Positions 1-8,762 of a stretch of DNA of 52,517 bases are shown piece after piece (positions within the stretch are counted from its first letter, which is position 1; each line of letters begins with the position of its first letter). The notes beneath the pieces were generated by a model. The model made no database searches, was not told the origin of the DNA, and saw only the letters and a list, made by a program, of their open reading frames with translations. The position numbers and the translations under genes were made by a program. The DNA comes from a virus. Its lineage: Duplodnaviria > Caudoviricetes. The stretch spans positions 1-52,517 of the IMG/VR virus record IMGVR_UViG_3300042332_001637. One strand, written 5' to 3'.

Positions 1-33
1 TTATTTCCTGCAAATGGTGTTCATCTTTCATTT

Positions 34-675
34 ATGGAATCTGATATTTTAACTATTGTTTATAACAAAGTTTCAAAATACATTCCTATATCTGAATCTT
101 CTTCACTTTTGCAGGAAATAAGGGACTATCTATTATCTAGAAAAGTTCCTTTAACTCTTAAGGAACTACATACTGTTACTAATAACTGTAAAAAGTGTAC
201 ACTTAATACAAGTGCCGAACTTCCTAAATGGAATGTTCAAAACCCTGATGCGGTTATTGTTATAGAATCTCCATCTGTTGACTCTCAATCTATATCTTAT
301 ATGATTGATATTATTAAGCAAAGCGGATTTAATTCCAATCAGCTATGTTTGACATATGTCAACAGATGTCCTAAAAACTCTAAGTATGAAAATTCTGAAA
401 TTATAAATTGTTCACCATATCTTCATACGGAACTTCAAATACTTAATCCTAAACTAATAATTACTCTTGGGTCTTTACCTGCTTCTGTTCTATTTGGAAC
501 TGAAGTTAAACTTAAAGACTATAGAGGAAATATTGTTTGGCTTGGTAGTTGGCCTATTCTTCCTACCTATTCTCCGACATATGCTCTAAAAGCAGGTGGT
601 TCCGTTCTTGAACATTTTAGCGAAGATATCGCTAATGCTTTTCAGTTTATATATAACAAAAAGAAAGACACTTAA
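34..675 (+). CDS. Uracil-DNA glycosylase family 4-like protein
   Basis: CKKC Fe-S motif, 'LTYVNRCP', 'CSPYLHTELQILNPKLIITLG' and 'ILPTYSPTY' match the UDG4/SPO1-type layout; catalytic motifs look diverged. Confidence 0.8.
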   Translation: MESDILTIVYNKVSKYIPISESSSLLQEIRDYLLSRKVPLTLKELHTVTNNCKKCTLNTSAELPKWNVQNPDAVIVIESPSVDSQSISYMIDIIKQSGFNSNQLCLTYVNRCPKNSKYENSEIINCSPYLHTELQILNPKLIITLGSLPASVLFGTEVKLKDYRGNIVWLGSWPILPTYSPTYALKAGGSVLEHFSEDIANAFQFIYNKKKDT

Positions 676-676
676 A

Positions 677-1039
677 ATGACCACATCACCATTATCTCTT
701 ATAGATATAACTGAATATGATTTAAAAGTTTTTGAATCTATAGTTCTTAACGATGTAAAGAATTCATCTACCGATGAAGAAATTGATTATTTAAAATCTA
801 ATTTGGATTTATGGGTATATACTCTTTTAGTCATGAGAAGAAATGCTGAGTATAGCCTTTCTTCTAGAAATTCTTCTAAGAAGGCTACCCTTTCAAAGAT
901 GACGGCTGAAGAAAGATCTCAGTCTGAGATTGAATCTTTTCTTACATCTGAATCTCAATGGAGAATTAACACCATAAAGTTTCTTTCTGTATTGGAGAAA
1001 AAGATTCTTTACGTTAAAATTTTAATTAAGCAGTCTTAA
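677..1039 (+). CDS. Hypothetical protein
   Basis: ORF; ATG at 677 directly follows the upstream stop and is preferred over 596. Confidence 0.6.
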   Translation: MTTSPLSLIDITEYDLKVFESIVLNDVKNSSTDEEIDYLKSNLDLWVYTLLVMRRNAEYSLSSRNSSKKATLSKMTAEERSQSEIESFLTSESQWRINTIKFLSVLEKKILYVKILIKQS

Positions 1040-1041
1040 TT

Positions 1042-1491
1042 ATGGCTAATCAGATTTTGTATACTCCATCAATTTTATACATGTCTGAACCAACGTTGTG
1101 TGAAAGTGATTCTTTTTACTTTTTATCTAACTATAAAACTCTTTTTCCTGACAACTACCTTTATTCTTCCAAAGATTTAGGAATAGATAATTCTTTATCT
1201 TTTGCAGCTTTGTTTTCTACTTTTCATGGGAGAATAAAGGTAAGTCAAAATTCTACAGACTCCATATCGTCTGTAATGCCAATAGATGTTTTTAGATATA
1301 AGATGCTTGAAGATCAGTCTTGGCACACTACAGCAAAGCTGCCTTCTTCTTATAAACCTGGATATATAGTTGAAGGTGCTTTTTGGTCTAATGGAATGTA
1401 TTATTTGGTAAGAGAAGAATCTCCTGATTCTTTTATTGAACTTAATCTATACATAGATCACTATACTAAAGGAATGTATAACTACCCATGA
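1042..1491 (+). CDS. Hypothetical protein
   Basis: 149 aa ORF, tightly packed with neighbours. Confidence 0.6.
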   Translation: MANQILYTPSILYMSEPTLCESDSFYFLSNYKTLFPDNYLYSSKDLGIDNSLSFAALFSTFHGRIKVSQNSTDSISSVMPIDVFRYKMLEDQSWHTTAKLPSSYKPGYIVEGAFWSNGMYYLVREESPDSFIELNLYIDHYTKGMYNYP

Positions 1492-1763
1492 CTATCAGAA
1501 CAACTTTTTATCGGAGCAGCTCTTTTATAACTAATGTAGCTTGGGATGAAGATTCCGAGTCTTTAATGGTTAAGTTTGTTTCTGGTACCACTTGGGTTTA
1601 TTTTAATGTTCCAGAAGAAAAATACGTTTCTATGATTCGTGCAGAATCTGTCGGATCTTATTTTAATAAAAATATTAGAGATTTTTATTCTTCTCAAAGA
1701 ATAAATTATAGCTTTGAGGACAACAATGTCAAGGAACAAGAAAAAGAACAAAAAGCAGAATAA
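1488..1763 (+). CDS. KTSC domain protein
   Basis: 'SSFITNVAWD...LMVKFVSGTTWVYFNVPEEKY..MIRAESVGSYFNKNIR' is the KTSC pattern. Confidence 0.85.
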   Translation: MTIRTTFYRSSSFITNVAWDEDSESLMVKFVSGTTWVYFNVPEEKYVSMIRAESVGSYFNKNIRDFYSSQRINYSFEDNNVKEQEKEQKAE

Positions 1764-1890
1764 AAACAATAACGGTTCTTATTTTTTAAAAGATAATTCA
1801 AAACGTAAAACTTACAGTTCTAGTTCTCAGATTAATGATATAGCTAATACTGTCTTTGGTGGTATATTTTATTATCCTTCTAACAGATAA
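1726..1890 (+). CDS. Small basic hypothetical protein (54 aa, MSRNKKKNKKQ...)
   Basis: Manually read ORF below the track cutoff, preceded by GAGGA. Confidence 0.45.
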   Translation: MSRNKKKNKKQNKNNNGSYFLKDNSKRKTYSSSSQINDIANTVFGGIFYYPSNR

Positions 1891-1948
1891 AATTTTCTGT
1901 TTGTGATATAATAATTATGTTTTTATTATACCAAAGTAAGAAGGTTTT

Positions 1949-2563
1949 ATGACTACAATAATCGGTATTCAAGGCGATGGCTTTGCAACCATTTGTGCTG
2001 ACTCAAGAATATCCTCTTTCGGAGATGAGGGTATTGCATATCAGGTAACTACACTCAGCCAGTCATCCAGCAAGATTGCCTCCAATGGCAGTTATCTTCT
2101 TGGTGCTGCTGGTGATGTAAGAGCTATTAACATTCTTCATCATGCTTTTATTCCACCTCCTCCACCCCCTGGTCTTTTTGGAAAAAAATTAGATCAGTTT
2201 ATTACTGTCAAGTTTATACCTGCTTTAAGAGAGTGCTTTGAAAAGCAAGGCTACGCTGCTCCTGAAAGAGAAAACTCTTCTCACATAGCTGAACATGGAT
2301 CTACTGTATTGGTTGCTGTGAATGGTATAATTTATGTTATTGATGGCGACTATTCTTGGACGTCTGATGTTAATGGTATATACTCTTTAGGAACCGGTAG
2401 TTCTTATGCGCTAGGTGCTTTAAGTATACTTCTTGGCACAAAAGAAAGAACCCAGAAGACCTGTAAAGATTCTGCTATGAAGGCATTAAAGGTTGCTTCA
2501 ACATATGATCCTTATACTGGATCTCCTTTTCATACTTTTTTCCAACAGAAAGATACTAAATAA
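1949..2563 (+). CDS. HslV/proteasome beta-subunit-like Ntn protease
   Basis: N-terminal MTTIIG, 'ADSR', 'GAAGD', 'GTGSSYALGAL', 'DPYTG'. Confidence 0.85.
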   Translation: MTTIIGIQGDGFATICADSRISSFGDEGIAYQVTTLSQSSSKIASNGSYLLGAAGDVRAINILHHAFIPPPPPPGLFGKKLDQFITVKFIPALRECFEKQGYAAPERENSSHIAEHGSTVLVAVNGIIYVIDGDYSWTSDVNGIYSLGTGSSYALGALSILLGTKERTQKTCKDSAMKALKVASTYDPYTGSPFHTFFQQKDTK

Positions 2564-2568
2564 ACAAT

Positions 2569-2793
2569 ATGAGTACCGTAGAAGATATCATTTATGAAAA
2601 TGTTCATGGTCCAGTTACATCTTATGTTCTTGTTGCAACTTACATAGATGATGATGGACAGACCAATTTATACTTTGATACTTCTGATGAACAAGAATTT
2701 CATATTACTGCTGGGCTTTTAAAGTTTGCCGATGTCCATGTAAACAATAAAATTTCAGATGTTCTTCGTTACAATTTAGATCAAGAAGATTAA
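2569..2793 (+). CDS. Hypothetical protein
   Basis: 74 aa ORF in operon. Confidence 0.55.
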   Translation: MSTVEDIIYENVHGPVTSYVLVATYIDDDGQTNLYFDTSDEQEFHITAGLLKFADVHVNNKISDVLRYNLDQED

Positions 2794-2813
2794 ACTTAAG
2801 GATTTATTTTGAA

Positions 2814-3227
2814 ATGCAACAAGAAAAACTAACCTGTTCTCAATGCTCGAAGAAATGGACTAGAGTCAAATCTAGAGGAAGAAAACCTTTATTCTGCCCA
2901 TCATGCATTGCAAAGAATACCACCCCTCCTCCTGTTCAGCCTAAAGCTGCAGTTAAAAATTCTCCACCAAAAGAAGAAGAAAAAGAAGAAGAGCTTTCTA
3001 CAGATTCTCTTAACACTAAGTCTAAACTTGCTGTAGTTTACAAGGCCTTATATCCTGTTCCCAGCAAAGATAGCGATCAGTTAAAAGATCAGGGACCAAA
3101 CGGCTCAGTCTGGAAATGTTCTCACTGTGGATATACAATAACTATAGGTGTCATATTATCTGATATTCCAACGCATAAATGCGATCCTAATTCTATACGA
3201 GTAAGAACACTACAAAGAATATCATAA
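2814..3227 (+). CDS. Zinc-ribbon protein
   Basis: CxxC...CxxC around 'RGRKPLFC' and a second CSHC...HKC. Confidence 0.6.
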   Translation: MQQEKLTCSQCSKKWTRVKSRGRKPLFCPSCIAKNTTPPPVQPKAAVKNSPPKEEEKEEELSTDSLNTKSKLAVVYKALYPVPSKDSDQLKDQGPNGSVWKCSHCGYTITIGVILSDIPTHKCDPNSIRVRTLQRIS

Positions 3228-3406
3228 TTTTTTCTCCCATTTCACCAAAGGAATCCATGACACTTAACGAAATATCTTCATCTATTATTAATCTTTTTAA
3301 AAAAATATATAATGTTCTTCAGGCTTCTAAGGTCATAGAATTGTTTTTGCTTTTAATTTGGAAGCTATTCTTTGATCGCAAGCCTTTATTCTCCATGTAG
3401 GAATCA

Positions 3407-4015
3407 ATGAAATTTAATCCATCAACCTGGATAGATCAATATACTTCTGAGCAATTAGAAGATTCAACTAATCTTGTTTATGATAAGTATGGACCTATTC
3501 CTTTTCCTAAACCAGGAATGTTTAGTTTAAAACTAAATAAAAAAATTAGTGATTTAAAACTAGAAAAAGGTAAAATTAGTAACTTTTCAGATTTTGAAGT
3601 TGTTCCTTATACTTTAGACCAAACTTTATTTTCTATTTATAAAACTCATCTACCTTTTGATCTTGATGATTTTTCTTTTTTAGAAAAGAAGGATGACAAA
3701 AATACTTACCACATAAAATGTCATCATTATTCTTTTGATACTCAGAATGATGTTTCAATATTTAAACAGATTTCTGATTTGATTGATCAATTTTACATTC
3801 CCGCTAAGTACTTTAATGTATGTTTATCTGTAAATGTGCACTCATCTTTGCTCAGCCAATATGATATTGAATCTTTTCCTTCAGATAAAAATGAGTTATG
3901 TACTTTATTAGGTTTACCTAAACACGAAATAAACTATTTAGATATAGATATGTGTATGTCAGATTTAGGTTTAGATTTTAGAACTATTACAATTGAAAAG
4001 TCTCTTCCTTTTTGA
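3407..4015 (+). CDS. Hypothetical protein
   Basis: 202 aa ORF with AGGA RBS. Confidence 0.6.
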   Translation: MKFNPSTWIDQYTSEQLEDSTNLVYDKYGPIPFPKPGMFSLKLNKKISDLKLEKGKISNFSDFEVVPYTLDQTLFSIYKTHLPFDLDDFSFLEKKDDKNTYHIKCHHYSFDTQNDVSIFKQISDLIDQFYIPAKYFNVCLSVNVHSSLLSQYDIESFPSDKNELCTLLGLPKHEINYLDIDMCMSDLGLDFRTITIEKSLPF

Positions 4016-4027
4016 TACAATTGCACT

Positions 4028-4285
4028 ATGGATATAATCTTAGAAGCAAAAATAAATAACACTATCAATGAGATAAATAACCAACTTGAACACGAACATA
4101 TAGATAACTTCGTGGCTAGAACGCTTATGTCTTTAGCTGTTAACAGAATTTCTCTTTTAATGACACATATAGGATATTTAGAAAATAAGCTTCAATCCAC
4201 TCTTGAGTCAAACAAAATAATGACTGTTCAAGCTGAAAATCTGATAGCAGAAAATCAGAGACTTTCTCAAATAGCTAAATATTAA
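4028..4285 (+). CDS. Hypothetical coiled-coil protein
   Basis: 85 aa ORF. Confidence 0.55.
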   Translation: MDIILEAKINNTINEINNQLEHEHIDNFVARTLMSLAVNRISLLMTHIGYLENKLQSTLESNKIMTVQAENLIAENQRLSQIAKY

Positions 4286-4312
4286 AATAATCACCCAACG
4301 AAAGAGATTTTA

Positions 4313-4717
4313 ATGAAATCATTTACTAACGCAATCAATAACCTTGCTGCTGCAATTAATTCTGTAGCCAATGAAATGAAAAAGAACAATATTGATTCTT
4401 CTTCATTTAAATTAAAAAAAACAACTACTTCAAACCCTTCTTCTTCTGAATCTTACGTTTCTTATAGCAGTGAGGGTTGGCATTCTCTCACTGTTTTTGA
4501 GAAGGAACAACTTTATTACATCTATAAAGCTTTAATGGAAAAGGGTGTTAACCCCAAGTACCATGAAACTGTCTACGATAAGATAATGGACTTACTCCAT
4601 AGCAAGTGGCCTAACCTTCACAGACCTATAGAAAAATTAGTTTCCTCCAAAGAAAAGTACATTCAAAATAAAGGTTATCTTTCTTCTAAAAATGATATTT
4701 GGAAGAAGAATATTTAA
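4313..4717 (+). CDS. Hypothetical protein
   Basis: 134 aa ORF. Confidence 0.55.
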   Translation: MKSFTNAINNLAAAINSVANEMKKNNIDSSSFKLKKTTTSNPSSSESYVSYSSEGWHSLTVFEKEQLYYIYKALMEKGVNPKYHETVYDKIMDLLHSKWPNLHRPIEKLVSSKEKYIQNKGYLSSKNDIWKKNI

Positions 4718-4719
4718 GA

Positions 4720-4917
4720 ATGAATATACCTTTATCCCTTCATTCTAAAGAAAAATTAATAAATGCATGGGGTCCTGAGGTTATACTTAAATGTTCGTGT
4801 AGGGAGTGGCCTTCTCATTCTATGTGGAACCAGTACCCTTCACCAATATGCCCACTATGCAGAACTACATGCGTAGTAATCTATAAAGAATGGAGCTATG
4901 TCACAGATGGATCGTGA
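4720..4917 (+). CDS. Small Cys-rich (CxC...CxxC) protein
   Basis: ATG at 4720 follows the upstream stop; CSC and CPLC motifs. Confidence 0.5.
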   Translation: MNIPLSLHSKEKLINAWGPEVILKCSCREWPSHSMWNQYPSPICPLCRTTCVVIYKEWSYVTDGS

Positions 4918-5092
4918 AGCTATAAGAACATCCTATTTAAAAGCCATTGGTTACCAACCACCATTTTATGACTATGATCATTTTTTGGCTTTAAAGAAAA
5001 TTGCTGATGATATGTATGTTGTACTGATTAATGAGCTAGGATCTTCTAGCGTTACAGTTGAGTATGAAAAGCTTTTTGAACTTACTCAATAA
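4898..5092 (+). CDS. Hypothetical protein
   Basis: 64 aa ORF with GGAG RBS. Confidence 0.55.
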   Translation: MSQMDREAIRTSYLKAIGYQPPFYDYDHFLALKKIADDMYVVLINELGSSSVTVEYEKLFELTQ

Positions 5093-5106
5093 AGGATTTT
5101 TTTACC

Positions 5107-5346
5107 GTGCCATTAGACAGTCACCAAAAAATTAAATATAGAATAATAGCCAAATTAGATGAACAAAAATATAAATCTTGTGACGGTATGGATCCTAACC
5201 TATGGCCAAGACTAAAAGATAAAATTTATGTTCTTGCCACTTGGCCTACTCTAGAGTGGGCACAATGGTCCGCTAAAGCTCATAGAGAATATCAACATTC
5301 TAATTTAGATACATCTACAGTAGAGATAGTAGAAATAAATGATTGA
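5107..5346 (+). CDS. Hypothetical protein
   Basis: 79 aa ORF, AAGGA RBS. Confidence 0.5.
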   Translation: MPLDSHQKIKYRIIAKLDEQKYKSCDGMDPNLWPRLKDKIYVLATWPTLEWAQWSAKAHREYQHSNLDTSTVEIVEIND

Positions 5347-5539
5347 TCAGGAATACAAAATGCAAAAATACACAGCAGTAATCACTCTAACCATAGATGA
5401 GTTTGAAGCTCATGATGCAGATCACGAACGTGATATTGTACAGATTTTTATTAAAAGAATATTAGACGCTAGAATTTGTGAAAGCTCTGATATTCAAGTG
5501 CAAGTCGATACATTTATAAAGGAAGAAATTGAATCATGA
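5339..5539 (+). CDS. Hypothetical protein
   Basis: 66 aa ORF overlapping its neighbours. Confidence 0.5.
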   Translation: MIDQEYKMQKYTAVITLTIDEFEAHDADHERDIVQIFIKRILDARICESSDIQVQVDTFIKEEIES

Positions 5540-5697
5540 TAAATGAACCAGAACAAAATGAAGAAGTAGTAGAAGAAGAAGAAAAGTCTTTTGCTGAAAG
5601 AGTTACTGAATCAGTAAACTGGGTTGTCAATATGATGAACGAGGGCAAAGCAAATCCTAAAGATGTCTATCCTCCAAATAGGTATCACGGAGACTAG
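5536..5697 (+). CDS. Small acidic hypothetical protein (MINEPEQNEE...)
   Basis: Manually read 53 aa ORF, ATGA overlap with the upstream stop. Confidence 0.5.
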   Translation: MINEPEQNEEVVEEEEKSFAERVTESVNWVVNMMNEGKANPKDVYPPNRYHGD

Positions 5698-5699
5698 TT

Positions 5700-5987
5700 G
5701 TGACTGATGACATTGTGACTCGACTACGGGTAACAACAGTTGCAGACAGTTCTCATAAAATTTATGCAACGATGACTGAAGCTGCCGATGAGATTGAAAA
5801 ATTAAGATCTTTAATTAAAGAAATTCTACCATACATGCTCAATGACATGGAACAAGGATTCTCTTTGGGGCCTCCTTCAGAGGATCATATAGAAGATACT
5901 CAGTGTCCTGATTGTCAATGGTATGAAGATTCTATGATTTGGAAAAATCGCTTAGATGCCGGCGAGTTCAAGGATTATTTAAGTTAA
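5700..5987 (+). CDS. Hypothetical phage protein
   Basis: 'MTDDIVTRLR...EAADEIEKLR' is a common phage small-protein pattern. Confidence 0.6.
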   Translation: MTDDIVTRLRVTTVADSSHKIYATMTEAADEIEKLRSLIKEILPYMLNDMEQGFSLGPPSEDHIEDTQCPDCQWYEDSMIWKNRLDAGEFKDYLS

Positions 5988-6061
5988 AGAACGACATACT
6001 AGCACTTACTGATGAATCAATTTCGAAAATGGGAAAATTAATAACCTGCTAGTATGTTTAC

Positions 6062-6151
6062 GGAACGGTGGCTGAGTGGCCGAAAGCAACGGTTTGCTAA
6101 ACCGTCGAACCAGTAATGGTTCCGGAGGTTCGAATCCTCCTCGTTCCGCCA
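6062..6151 (+). tRNA. tRNA-Ser(GCT)
   Basis: Acceptor GGAACGG/TCGTTCC, anticodon arm ACGGT-TTGCTAA-ACCGT, long variable arm, TTCGAAT T-loop, G73, encoded CCA. Confidence 0.95.
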
Positions 6152-6571
6152 TATGTCACAATGTTGTAAGGAATTAATTTTCCTTATTGGTGTTATTATA
6201 TTTTTGATAATTCAATAAGGAGAATTTATGTTTTTTGCACATGCCATAGAAGTAACCCCTAAGTACAATGTTAAAGAAGGCAAGGATCGCCACTCGATTA
6301 CAATGAGAGTGCGTCGCCATAATCATTTTGTTAGGATTAAAAATAAAAATACCCATATGGGTAAAAAGTAGAAAAAAATTTTCGAGGCCTTTTTCTATTT
6401 TGCTTTTTTCTTTTAATTTGGATTTATTTTTTTATTTCTTAGAACCTTAGGTCGCGCATATAACTAGGCTGAAATATGTTAGGCTTCAGATCGCGGATTA
6501 TAAATTCTTATTAACCAACCAAAGTAGTATCAAATTTTATCTTCTACAGACTAGCAACTCCATCGCTCTGT

Positions 6572-6580
6572 GCTATAATT
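6572..6580 (+). promoter_or_regulatory. Extended -10 promoter element (TGcTATAAT, approximate position)
   Basis: TGTGCTATAAT about 35 nt upstream of the ORF at 6616. Confidence 0.5.
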
Positions 6581-6615
6581 ACTGGAGCAATGTTCCTATC
6601 ACCAAAGGATAAAGA

Positions 6616-6891
6616 ATGAATTATACAGATACTTACAAAAAAATATATGAAGTAGTGTCTAAGCTTGGTTTGCCACATGACAACACTCATAATGCATCTT
6701 TGAGAATAGCGGATGCATTGAACGATATCTACGTGTATACTAATAGACAGTTCCCAGAGATATTGCCAGAAATACTACACATAGCAGAAGGCTTTTGCGC
6801 CGATGCTAAAGTAGGAGGCTATGATCTAGATGATAGGGGCAATCCTGTTGGCTTTGGAATTAAAGCTTCTGGGTTAAACAATAGTCTATAA
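6616..6891 (+). CDS. Hypothetical protein
   Basis: 91 aa ORF with AAGGA RBS, immediately upstream of the atypical tRNA-Gly. Confidence 0.65.
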   Translation: MNYTDTYKKIYEVVSKLGLPHDNTHNASLRIADALNDIYVYTNRQFPEILPEILHIAEGFCADAKVGGYDLDDRGNPVGFGIKASGLNNSL

Positions 6892-6969
6892 TACGTGCGC
6901 CAATTGCGTATAATATTAATAATAAAAAGAATAAAATTTAAAAAGCTCATATACATATAGTATGCTTCT

Positions 6970-7043
6970 GTGGGTATAAGTTAATGGTAGACTAGCACGC
7001 TTCCGACCTGCTCGTGAGGGTTCGATTCCCTCTACCCACTCCA
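6970..7043 (+). tRNA. Atypical tRNA-Gly (TCC; potential 4-nt anticodon TCCG)
   Basis: Acceptor GTGGGTA/TACCCAC, U73 plus CCA, T arm GAGGG-TTCGATT-CCCTC; anticodon arm GCACG-CTTCCGA-CCTGC with a C30.C40 mismatch and G37. Confidence 0.9.
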
Positions 7044-7069
7044 ATCTAAAATAAAAAAGGAAATAGAAA

Positions 7070-8080
7070 ATGAACAAAAGAGTATTTTTAACTGGAGCTG
7101 GTGGCTTTGTTGGTCATCATACTTTAGAACACATTTTGAGAACAACAGACTGGGATGTTGTAATTAGTGACTCTTTCCGCCATCGTGGTGTGACTGATCG
7201 CATTACCTCAATATCATGCTGGGAAGCAGAACGTAGTCGTGTCCAGTTAATTACACATGATCTTACTGTTCCCTTCTCCGATGTAATGATTAAAGAAATG
7301 GGTCATATTGACTACATTATTTCCATGGCATCTGATTCACATGTTGATAGATCAATTACTGATCCAGCACCATTCATACTCAATAACGTAGCCCTTGTTG
7401 TTAATATGTTAGAGCTTGCTCGTAAGATCCAGCCAGAGGTTTTCCTTCACGTATCAACGGATGAAGTATACGGTCCAGCTCCAAAGGGTTATGCCCATAT
7501 AGAGTGGGACACGATCCTTCCTTCTAACCCCTACTCTGGCTCTAAGGCTGCACAAGAGGCTGCCTGCATATCTTACTGGCGAACATTCGGAGTACCAGTA
7601 GTAATCAGTAATACAATGAATATTATTGGTGAAAGACAGGATCCTGAAAAGTTTGTCCCTAAGATTATGTATTGCCTTGAGAAGAATGTTCCAATGACAA
7701 TTCATGGAACTCCGGAAAATATTGGTTCTAGATTCTATCTTCATGCAAGAAACCAGGCAGACGCTCTTTTGTTTATTTTAAAGAACTTGCCAGCTGTATC
7801 ATATCCAAACGCTGATAGACCAGACAAGTATCATATTGTTGGTGAAAAAGAAGTAAATAACCTTGAGATGGCACAGATGGTAGCTGAGTTCTGGGGCAAA
7901 GAACTTAAGTTTGAGTTCGAGGATTTCCACACTACAAGACCTGGACATGACCTTCGTTATGCCTTAGATGGTACAAAGCTAGCTAAGGCTGGTTGGAAGG
8001 CTCCTATGCCGTTAGAACAGTCTCTGCAGGCAACTGTAGAGTGGACAAAGAAGCATCCTGAATGGCTCTGGAGAGACTAA
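7070..8080 (+). CDS. rfbB: dTDP-glucose 4,6-dehydratase-like NAD-dependent epimerase/dehydratase
   Basis: GAGGFVG, 'SHVDRSI', 'STDEVYG', 'YSGSK', 'RPGHDLRYALD'. Confidence 0.9.
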   Translation: MNKRVFLTGAGGFVGHHTLEHILRTTDWDVVISDSFRHRGVTDRITSISCWEAERSRVQLITHDLTVPFSDVMIKEMGHIDYIISMASDSHVDRSITDPAPFILNNVALVVNMLELARKIQPEVFLHVSTDEVYGPAPKGYAHIEWDTILPSNPYSGSKAAQEAACISYWRTFGVPVVISNTMNIIGERQDPEKFVPKIMYCLEKNVPMTIHGTPENIGSRFYLHARNQADALLFILKNLPAVSYPNADRPDKYHIVGEKEVNNLEMAQMVAEFWGKELKFEFEDFHTTRPGHDLRYALDGTKLAKAGWKAPMPLEQSLQATVEWTKKHPEWLWRD

Positions 8081-8151
8081 TACTTTAGATTAACATTACT
8101 AAATATATAGGTTACTATTTAATAGATAAACCTATAATTTGGAGGTGTGTT

Positions 8152-8358
8152 ATGGCCGGGAAAAAGCCAGCAAAGAGAAATGTTTCAACCCCTGTTAAAG
8201 AAGCTGTAAAGCAGCTTCCAGGAAAAGCTGTTCTTTATATAGGTTCAACTTTAAAGTTATTTAAATGCCCTACATGCAGTAGAGAAGTTAAAAAAGGAAT
8301 CGTTTGGGAAGAGGGTTCAGCTTCATATTGCACTAGGACCTGTATACCAAAGGCATAG
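8152..8358 (+). CDS. Small basic zinc-finger protein
   Basis: MAGKKPAK start, CPTC...CTRTC, GGAGGT RBS. Confidence 0.65.
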   Translation: MAGKKPAKRNVSTPVKEAVKQLPGKAVLYIGSTLKLFKCPTCSREVKKGIVWEEGSASYCTRTCIPKA

Positions 8359-8444
8359 GTTGTAGAGTAGTGGAAGCTATGATAATATGGTGGATAAGCG
8401 TTTTTGCAGCGTTTGCACTTCGGATATATTAAAGGATCAGGAAA

Positions 8445-8762
8445 ATGACAGAATATTGGTTAGCTAAATTTTTAGAGGAAATGGATAAGAAGCTTCCTCC
8501 AGCAGAACAAGAATATGTAAACGCTATGTTATCAATCGTATCAAAATATGGAAAGTTAGCTAACGGTGACAGTAATGGCATTTGGGTTGGCTATGTTCCA
8601 GGGGTAGAAAATGATAATCTTTCTATTGGAGTAAAGTGTGCCAACTGTGCCTTCTATGAAGGCAATGGTGTTTGTAAGATTGCAGCTGGCCAAGTAGAAG
8701 ATAATGGATATTGTCGTTTGGCTGCAATTCCAGATGGCGTAGTAAAAGGATACAGAAAATAA
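8445..8762 (+). CDS. HiPIP-like 4-Cys protein, paralog 1
   Basis: CANC-x8-C-x12-C ending GYC. Confidence 0.6.
   Translation: MTEYWLAKFLEEMDKKLPPAEQEYVNAMLSIVSKYGKLANGDSNGIWVGYVPGVENDNLSIGVKCANCAFYEGNGVCKIAAGQVEDNGYCRLAAIPDGVVKGYRK

Noticed and set aside
6174-6356. 60 aa minus-strand ORF between the tRNAs
   Set aside because: It has no RBS, an atypical composition and the opposite orientation to its neighbours.
6995-7012. Reading the tRNA as tRNA-Arg(CCG)
   Set aside because: Centring CCG in a 7-nt loop destroys the anticodon stem, and the acceptor end (U73) and overall body are Gly-like.
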